Shown here piece by piece: positions 57,714 to 64,000 of a stretch of 64,000 nt of DNA; position 1 is the stretch's first letter; every line of letters begins with the position of its first letter. Under the pieces are notes generated by a model. The model was not told the DNA's origin, ran no database searches, and saw nothing but the letters and a program-made list of their open reading frames with translations. The position numbers and the translations under genes are program-made. Where the stretch lies: IMG/VR virus record IMGVR_UViG_2744054492_000006, one strand, 5' to 3'. Source of the stretch: an uncultured virus (IMG/VR IMGVR_UViG_2744054492_000006). Taxonomy: Duplodnaviria; Heunggongvirae; Uroviricota; Caudoviricetes.

Positions 57714-57988
57714 CCGGCAAGGTTCCTATAGGGAGCCATCATGATCTCATAAGCAGGAGGTGGAGGAGCATCACCACCCCGGCTGGTGTAGAGCGCAAAC
57801 ACATGCATGCTCAAACACGTCTTGATCGGCTCAGGAATTTCATCGGGAAAATCGACTTTGAGATCCCGCCGCAGATGTTGCGCAGCAAACCCCTCAGCCG
57901 TGCGAATAAACGTCAGGAGGAGATCGTCATCATGACCATGTGAGATGGCCAGATGACGCTTCGCCTCTTCCAGCTCGATCAAAGGCAA
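57710..57988 (-). CDS. Head-tail connector (gp6-like)
   Basis: LEEAKRHL...DDDLL and PYR motifs. Confidence 0.85.
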   Translation of the reverse strand: MPLIELEEAKRHLAISHGHDDDLLLTFIRTAEGFAAQHLRRDLKVDFPDEIPEPIKTCLSMHVFALYTSRGGDAPPPPAYEIMMAPYRNLAG

Positions 57989-57990
57989 AG

Positions 57991-58245
57991 TTAGTCTCCA
58001 TCCTCTTCGGATTCTTCCTCCCCTGCGTCTTCATTCGCAGGTCCAGTCAGATCGAGATACTTGATACTTTCCGCCTGCACTTGCTTGGCAGTCAGTCGCT
58101 TCAAAGGCGCATCATCACCTTCCATCAATGGCTTGACGACTTTTCGGGTTTTGGCGTCTTTTTCATTGACCTTGTAGACACAGCCAAACCGGAAGGTACC
58201 AAGCACCGTATGGCGTGTTGAGTTCACTTTGACGTACATGCTCAT
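57991..58245 (-). CDS. Hypothetical capsid-associated protein
   Basis: AGGAG RBS, post-capsid position. Confidence 0.65.
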   Translation of the reverse strand: MSMYVKVNSTRHTVLGTFRFGCVYKVNEKDAKTRKVVKPLMEGDDAPLKRLTAKQVQAESIKYLDLTGPANEDAGEEESEEDGD

Positions 58246-58310
58246 TCTCCTGAAAAAGGCTCTGCAATCAGAAGATCGCAGAGCCAGTTGGTGGCCTCGG
58301 TTATTCGAGA

Positions 58311-59624
58311 TTATCCGAAGACGAAGTTGCCTTTCACCGTGGCTGCAACACGCTTGATTGCCAGCGCAACCCGTTTAGAACCTCGCATCGTCAACATGCC
58401 TTCAATGAAGTTGTCGCCATGCTCAGAAGAAATGAGTACATCGGCTTGCTGACGGTCATAATAAGTTGCTGCCATCGCCAGATCACCAGCCAACCATTCA
58501 CCAACAGACATGGTATTGGTTTCCACCACATCCTTACCCCAGAGCTTTGGTGTAGACACTGAGTTCACGTTGCCGAAGATGTATCGTTTCTGATCATCTT
58601 TCAGGAGGTCAATTGCTGCCCAATCCGTTGGGTTCATGACAAAAGAGGTTGCAACGTAATCCGCTAATGCGACCTGCAAAATAGCAAGCCGCAAACGATC
58701 AATCCGGGTGGCATTGGGTAGGCCAGCAGCAGCAACAAACGCCACAGCCTCAGTCAAAAGCCCCTTCAGGTTTTCACCCTGCCCATCTCCAGCAAGGATC
58801 TGCTTTTCCTCTTCCAGATCCAGACCATAACGAAGCTCGGAGTCGATTTCCGTTTGCAGGAAATCGGAATCTGCCAGAGCTTCCTCTGTGATGTTGGTAT
58901 GATGCGCAATCTTCTTGACTTCAGAGGTCGCCTTGTCCCAGCCAAAACTGGACTCTGGCATTGCGGCCCCTTCAGCAACCATCGCCGCTTTATTATCTTG
59001 CACTGTCTGCTTACGGTACTTCACCAGATCAGAACTGGTTTTGCCCTTGGTCAGCAGATCCCGGATAAGCAAGCGACGCCGAGGTATGCGGACCGGATCA
59101 CGTTCTTCTTCATGGTAGATCAAACCACCAGCCGAGCCTGCAGCAGTGGTGATCGCATTGGAGACATCAATGAGAAGGTGTCCTTTAGCTCCGGCGCTTT
59201 TGAAGTTCTTAATCTGCTCATCTTCTGCCACAAATGCCTGACCAAGTGTCATCGCCGGAGCTGGTCCACCGCCGCCAATCCCATCAGCCACCTGCTGTGA
59301 GATTTCCAGTGTCTGGCTCTTGATGCCTTCCAGCGAGTTTTTCAGCTCAGTGACCGAGTTGTTCAAAGCCGTCTGCTCAGTCAAAAGCTTGTCGGCCTTG
59401 TCTTTGGTTTCCTGAGAAACCTCACCAGAGCGCTTCGCTTGCTTCAAAGCCTCTTCCGCCGTGCCCTTAACGTTATCAGTCACCTCATCCAGCTGCTGAC
59501 TAACTTTTTTCAGCAGGTCTTCTGTCGTCATGTTGTCATTGCGTACCGACCCGACAACAGCATCAGGGCGAGCAAGAGCAAGTGCCGCCAAGCAAATGGC
59601 GGGCATGAGTGATTTCGTTCTCAT
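58311..59624 (-). CDS. Major capsid protein, HK97 family
   Basis: IRDLL, VAEG, VKKIAH, QILAGDG.G.NL.G and MNPTDW motifs. Confidence 0.95.
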   Translation of the reverse strand: MRTKSLMPAICLAALALARPDAVVGSVRNDNMTTEDLLKKVSQQLDEVTDNVKGTAEEALKQAKRSGEVSQETKDKADKLLTEQTALNNSVTELKNSLEGIKSQTLEISQQVADGIGGGGPAPAMTLGQAFVAEDEQIKNFKSAGAKGHLLIDVSNAITTAAGSAGGLIYHEEERDPVRIPRRRLLIRDLLTKGKTSSDLVKYRKQTVQDNKAAMVAEGAAMPESSFGWDKATSEVKKIAHHTNITEEALADSDFLQTEIDSELRYGLDLEEEKQILAGDGQGENLKGLLTEAVAFVAAAGLPNATRIDRLRLAILQVALADYVATSFVMNPTDWAAIDLLKDDQKRYIFGNVNSVSTPKLWGKDVVETNTMSVGEWLAGDLAMAATYYDRQQADVLISSEHGDNFIEGMLTMRGSKRVALAIKRVAATVKGNFVFG

Positions 59625-59638
59625 GAATGTTCTCCGAT

Positions 59639-60487
59639 TTACATGGAATCCAATTTATCGAGGAGGCTTTGCACTCCTGCTCGAACGGCAGCGCCAGACT
59701 TGCCGGATGGAGCAGCGCCAGACGTGCTCCCTTTCAAAGCCGCACAAAGTGAGCGACGTTTTGATTTTGGTACGTTGAGACGCGCAAGGAGGATATCAAG
59801 CTCCTTCTGCGCAGCATTTGGTGAGGGCTTATCGGAAGCTTGGCTTGGAGCCTGCTCAATCTCATCACTGGGAAGAAGCGCATCTGCAAACCCTTGTTCA
59901 ACAGCACTCTCACCATTGATCCAGGTCTCTTTGTCGAGCTGGTTGCTCAGCTCTTTTTCCGAGATCTTGGTGCGTGCGTGATAGATGCTGACTGCCGCAT
60001 CATCAAACGGCTTTAGCCAATCGGCGACCTCAAGGAACGCATGGCGATCACCGCATGCACAAACCCATGTGTTATGGATCATCAAGAAAGCCGCTCGCCC
60101 GATCTGGATTTCATCTGCCGCCATTGCAATGACAGAAGCTGCCGATGCAGCTAACCCCAACACCTTCACCGTTACCTTGGCCTTGTGCTCGCGCAGCAGA
60201 TTGTAAATCGCCAACCCTTCGAAGAAATCGCCGCCCGGAGAGTTGATCGAGACGACCACATCCTTCTCACCAATGTTGCGCAGCACCGCTGAAATTCGCT
60301 TGGCAGTCACCCCATCATACATCCAGCTCTCGCCAATAGGATCGAGGATGGAAATGGTGTTTTCGCCGTCCTCACCAGCTGCTGCTTTGATATCGGGATT
60401 CCAGCGCTGCTGTACACTTTCAGCAATCGCGCTTTGAAGACCTTTCCCAGCCAACACCGGGACATTTGGCAAATTGCGGATGCTCAT
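59639..60487 (-). CDS. ClpP-type head maturation protease
   Basis: INSPGGD, LAASAAS, MIHN and ETW motifs. Confidence 0.93.
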   Translation of the reverse strand: MSIRNLPNVPVLAGKGLQSAIAESVQQRWNPDIKAAAGEDGENTISILDPIGESWMYDGVTAKRISAVLRNIGEKDVVVSINSPGGDFFEGLAIYNLLREHKAKVTVKVLGLAASAASVIAMAADEIQIGRAAFLMIHNTWVCACGDRHAFLEVADWLKPFDDAAVSIYHARTKISEKELSNQLDKETWINGESAVEQGFADALLPSDEIEQAPSQASDKPSPNAAQKELDILLARLNVPKSKRRSLCAALKGSTSGAAPSGKSGAAVRAGVQSLLDKLDSM

Positions 60488-61710
60488 TTGTCTTCCTTTC
60501 CAAGCAAGTCAACCAGTCCCATAGAGGTTTGAACCACCAGTTCATCATTGTTACCGCCGCGCCGTGGCAGATTGAGCTTGTCGCGTCCCTCATCGCCAGA
60601 CATGAAGCCGCCCATACGCATTTTGAGGAGGAAATCGCCTTTGGCTTTGCTGTCCATTTGCAACATGGCTTCGCGGTTATATTCCACGTACCAACGTCCG
60701 CGTTTTTCAACGGGAATGAGGTCTTTCAGGATACGAGCCTCGTTTTTGATAAGTAGCGGATTGATGCCAAGCGAGAGCCAGGACAACATCACCGCCTCAA
60801 CACCACTGCCCCACATGGTCTGGCCATCAGATGAATGGCCGATCACAATCGGCGGAACCCCAAACCATCTGCAAACATCTTCAACGCCAAAGCGCCGGGT
60901 TTCCAAAAGCTGCGCATCCTCAGGGTTCATCTGGAGCTGTTTGTAAGAAAGCCCAGCTTCAAGCGTCAGGATTTTACCTGCCTTGCGAGAACCTGAGAAT
61001 TTGGTGAGGATCACCTGAAGTTGACCGCGCTGCGTCTCGTTGAGGCTCTGGTCTGAACTCAGAACACCAGCGGCCATCATCGCATTAGAAAATACGCTAC
61101 CCGCTGTTTCATCAGCAGCCAAAGCCGCCCCAATTGAATTCGCCCCGTACTTGATGGCTGACATGCCCAAACCATCACCAGCCCCAAACCCGCGCAGATG
61201 GAACACCTTATCAGCGGGCAACGTGCTGTGTTTGCCCCGGTCATAGACACTGTATTCCAGCTTGCCATCCCGATTGCGTTTGGGTGTGACATTGAGCAGA
61301 GGGCGCAGCCCAACCAGTCTTGATCCCACAAAGAGCTTTTCCGCACATGCATTGCCGCGCAAAGTTGCATGCGCTGTCATACCCTCCCAGAACTCAACCC
61401 CAGTTTGCTCAGGGTTGGGACTTTTACATAGGATCTCGGACAGATCCTCTTCAATCTTCACCCTGCTGTTTCCATCACCCTTTTCATAAAGAGCAAGAGG
61501 CAGTGTTGAGATCACCTGCGAAGTCTTGCGAACACAATCCCAAACAGCAGAAAACGCCAGAGCAGAGGACGCATTCACGGTTTTGCCAGCCGCAGAAGAG
61601 TGCCCGCCCCCAGTCCATGCATCTCCCCCATTGAGGTTGATCCATCCAGACTCGCCTGCTCGTAGCTCCTGCTTAATGCCGCGAGCTGCCGCCTTTAAAA
61701 ATCTGATCAT
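60484..61710 (-). CDS. Portal protein, HK97 family
   Basis: SAVWDCV..ISTLP, VFHLR and DAQLLETR..FGVPP motifs. Confidence 0.95.
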   Translation of the reverse strand: MIRFLKAAARGIKQELRAGESGWINLNGGDAWTGGGHSSAAGKTVNASSALAFSAVWDCVRKTSQVISTLPLALYEKGDGNSRVKIEEDLSEILCKSPNPEQTGVEFWEGMTAHATLRGNACAEKLFVGSRLVGLRPLLNVTPKRNRDGKLEYSVYDRGKHSTLPADKVFHLRGFGAGDGLGMSAIKYGANSIGAALAADETAGSVFSNAMMAAGVLSSDQSLNETQRGQLQVILTKFSGSRKAGKILTLEAGLSYKQLQMNPEDAQLLETRRFGVEDVCRWFGVPPIVIGHSSDGQTMWGSGVEAVMLSWLSLGINPLLIKNEARILKDLIPVEKRGRWYVEYNREAMLQMDSKAKGDFLLKMRMGGFMSGDEGRDKLNLPRRGGNNDELVVQTSMGLVDLLGKEDK

Positions 61711-63422
61711 ATAACCATCACCGGATTGCTGAGGAAATCATCCAGGCCATTGCCTTCTGCTTCTGGATGGCGGCTCATAAGATCGAACGCGTTGAACGCT
61801 GCTGTGAGCGGGTCAATCTTCATGGAACCGGAGGCTTGCTTGGTCACGTAGTCAGCATTGCCGCGTTTCTCGGTTTTGGCGTTAGAAACACACCAAGCCA
61901 TCAACCGCGAGCCACCATGAACCAGAGATTTGTCTGCTAGCTTTCGCGCCATGCCTTTGGTTACGCCTGAGAGTTTGTAGCCTTGAGGTACACCAACAAG
62001 CTGCTCTTGTTTGACCTCCCGCTCCATCAGCTCATCAACAATTGCAGCCACTCCGACTGGGTCTAGTCCAATGGCATGTTCTTTCGGAAACAGACCACGA
62101 TCCAGAACTTGCTCAATGTAGTCAGCAACAATCGGAATATCGTCTTCGATGTTCTCACAGATGAACAAGTCGCCATCCTTCTCGAAGTCTCTAAGCGCCG
62201 TCGCAATCTGCTTGCGTTTGTCTAAGGCACTCTCATGGCAACATGCACAGGTCCAAAGCAGCCATCTGCTTTTCTCGGTCTCGCTCTCTTTTTCGCGCCC
62301 GATAAAACAAAGCCCTAGAAGGTCATCCAGACCGCCGCCATCAACGCCAGCAGTCACAACCTCACATCGATCTAAAAACTCATCAAAATCACGGATGACA
62401 GTGAACTCAGCAGCCTGCCAATGATCAGCCCCAGCCCACCGATCCCGTCGCAGGTTCATGCCAATCGGCACATTCAAGTGCTTGGCAAGGAAGCTTTGCT
62501 TGTCCTCTTCACCCGTTCCATCCATGGCTTCGCGAAGTTTGGATTCCAGCCAGCTCTTACGAACGGAACGCCCGAGATTGGGATTGGTGATGTAATAGTT
62601 TTCCGGCTTCAGATAATCCTTGCTTTTGAGCATTGCTTTGGGGAACTCGTAGAGAACTCCAAGCCGCTCAGGATCGTGAATTTTCCCGTCACGTACATCG
62701 CGGTAGTATTCAAGCTTACTCTTCCAGACCCCTGCTGGCGGCTCATCAGAATGCGTGGTCAGATAAACAACAAATCCTTCAGGACGAGCAATCAATCCGC
62801 CAGTGGCCTCCTGCAGCATGGCCGCTGCCTTTGGCTTCTTGCCAAACAACCACAGCTCATCAACCAGAACGAAACCAGCTTTTTTGCCAGAAAGCGTGTC
62901 ACTGTCAGCAGCCACAATCTTGAGATTTGAGTTTGTGGTCTCATGCCTGATTGTTCGCTGGTGCGAGATCACCTTGAGGATGCTTTTGAGTTCCGGATCG
63001 TAGGAGACCATCGCCGCAGCAGGATCAAAGCAGTTGTTGGCGACCTCAATTGTAGGAGCCAACAGCAACAGCTCATTGAGGTGACGCCAGTTGCGAATGA
63101 GCGCCGTCACCATGATCCCGGCTGCAATAGTGGACTTGGCATTTTTCTTTGAGATCAGGAGAAGGAACTCACTGATCAAACGCTGCCCTTCTTCCGCGTC
63201 ATAAGCTCCAAAGATCGCTCCAACAAAATCAAACACCCATTGGTCACAGCACTCACCAAATGTCGGCATGCCCGGAACATCAACCACCTTGAGCGACTTG
63301 AAGACGTTCAAAGCTGCTTCGGCTTCTGCTGAGAACAACGGATCAAAGGGAATGAGAGATTTCCCTTGAACAATCCGTTGTTCCCAATCCACGCAGGCTG
63401 TTGACCAGTGCTGAACTTTCAA
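61707..63422 (-). CDS. terL: Terminase large subunit
   Basis: ISKKNAKST, VDELW, GVDGGGLDDL and KIDP motifs. Confidence 0.95.
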   Translation of the reverse strand: MKVQHWSTACVDWEQRIVQGKSLIPFDPLFSAEAEAALNVFKSLKVVDVPGMPTFGECCDQWVFDFVGAIFGAYDAEEGQRLISEFLLLISKKNAKSTIAAGIMVTALIRNWRHLNELLLLAPTIEVANNCFDPAAAMVSYDPELKSILKVISHQRTIRHETTNSNLKIVAADSDTLSGKKAGFVLVDELWLFGKKPKAAAMLQEATGGLIARPEGFVVYLTTHSDEPPAGVWKSKLEYYRDVRDGKIHDPERLGVLYEFPKAMLKSKDYLKPENYYITNPNLGRSVRKSWLESKLREAMDGTGEEDKQSFLAKHLNVPIGMNLRRDRWAGADHWQAAEFTVIRDFDEFLDRCEVVTAGVDGGGLDDLLGLCFIGREKESETEKSRWLLWTCACCHESALDKRKQIATALRDFEKDGDLFICENIEDDIPIVADYIEQVLDRGLFPKEHAIGLDPVGVAAIVDELMEREVKQEQLVGVPQGYKLSGVTKGMARKLADKSLVHGGSRLMAWCVSNAKTEKRGNADYVTKQASGSMKIDPLTAAFNAFDLMSRHPEAEGNGLDDFLSNPVMVI

Positions 63423-63434
63423 GACAGTTCTTTC

Positions 63435-63911
63435 TTAGTTGATCAGCTGGGGAGCTTGGGGAGGTGCAAACTTCCCGTCATAGGTTTCTGCCGTTTTTTT
63501 GCGCTCTTCTTTTTTGCCGAGCGCTTTTTCAGATGCAGCAGGAACACTCTTTCCGCGGTTAGCAATCGCATCAGCCAGCTTGTCACGATCAGAGCGCTCT
63601 AGGCGTGCGAAGATTTCTTTGATCGCTGACACCTTCCCGGCTTCAGCCATGTCCATGAGCTTGTCCAGCAGCTTGGCTTCCACTCTCGCCCGAGCATCAT
63701 CCTTGACCTTGAGCTGACGAAAATAATTCTTGCGCAAAGTGGGAGCTGTGATCCCTAAAGCTGCAGCAATTTCATCCTGAGTTTTTCCAAAGGCGAGTAA
63801 CTGTATGACAAGTCTACGCTTTTCGTCGCTCACCACATGAGGTGGACGCCCTCGTTTTCCAAATCCCTCAGGGATTGGATCGCCTAGCAGGTCAAATTCG
63901 AAGTCGGCCAA
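63435..63911 (-). CDS. terS: Terminase small subunit
   Basis: GRPPH, IAAALGIT.PTLRK HTH and LGKKE motifs; upstream of terL. Confidence 0.85.
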   Translation of the reverse strand: MADFEFDLLGDPIPEGFGKRGRPPHVVSDEKRRLVIQLLAFGKTQDEIAAALGITAPTLRKNYFRQLKVKDDARARVEAKLLDKLMDMAEAGKVSAIKEIFARLERSDRDKLADAIANRGKSVPAASEKALGKKEERKKTAETYDGKFAPPQAPQLIN

Positions 63912-63982
63912 AAAAAAATCTCTCAGTTATAATGGGGCGGGTAAGGGCCATTCAGCCCCCGGACTTTCACCCCACCCCCTAT
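63910..63982 (-). promoter_or_regulatory. Probable packaging (cos) region of prophage 2
   Basis: Minus strand AGGGGGTGGGGTGAAAGT..GC-rich..GAGATTTTTTTT directly upstream of terS, the usual layout in HK97-type phages. Confidence 0.45.
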
Positions 63983-64000
63983 TTTCCGTTAAAAATCAAT

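Larger units (their letters stand above)
47403..64000 (-). mobile_element. Prophage 2 late region (HK97-type head, siphoviral tail); continues past the window and may extend left to tRNA-Cys
   Basis: Contiguous terS-terL-portal-ClpP-capsid-connectors-tail-TMP-tip-fibre-lysis operon. Confidence 0.92.

Noticed and set aside
1..64000. CRISPR array, reverse transcriptase/DGR/retron, IS transposase or tail-fibre invertase
   Set aside because: By eye I found no regularly spaced repeats, no YxDD RT ORF, no DDE/HUH transposase and no serine invertase; a subtle case could be missed without tools.

Overview
Alphaproteobacterial chromosome segment (likely Hyphomicrobiales; inferred from the GapR homologue, RcGTA-like tail genes and a Rhizobiales-type palindrome). 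It consists almost entirely of two different, co-oriented siphoviral prophages separated by a tRNA-Cys gene (35242-35315). Prophage 1 (1-~35.2 kb) runs from integrase/excisionase, through a cI/cro switch with visible 17-bp operators, replication and Q-like genes, a lambda-type cos/terminase/portal and a protease-capsid fusion, to an RcGTA-like baseplate and lysis cassette. It carries many AT-rich inserted genes. The largest insert is a tightly coupled operon (Dam-type methylase, calcineurin-like phosphoesterase, ORC/CDC6-like P-loop ATPase, tandem CARF-like protein, plus an upstream HEPN-like gene) placed between the Q-like gene and the late promoter. This is the best candidate for an uncharacterised anti-phage system. 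Right of the tRNA is a ~12 kb cargo region: parA plus partner, a second D12-class methylase with a highly structured, switch-like 5' leader, an ietAS-like AAA/S8 pair extended by a TM-GAF gene, and a stand-alone CHAT/caspase-like protease. Prophage 2 late genes follow (47.4-64 kb; HK97-type head, tail, lysis). All family calls come from motif recognition by eye; no searches were run.
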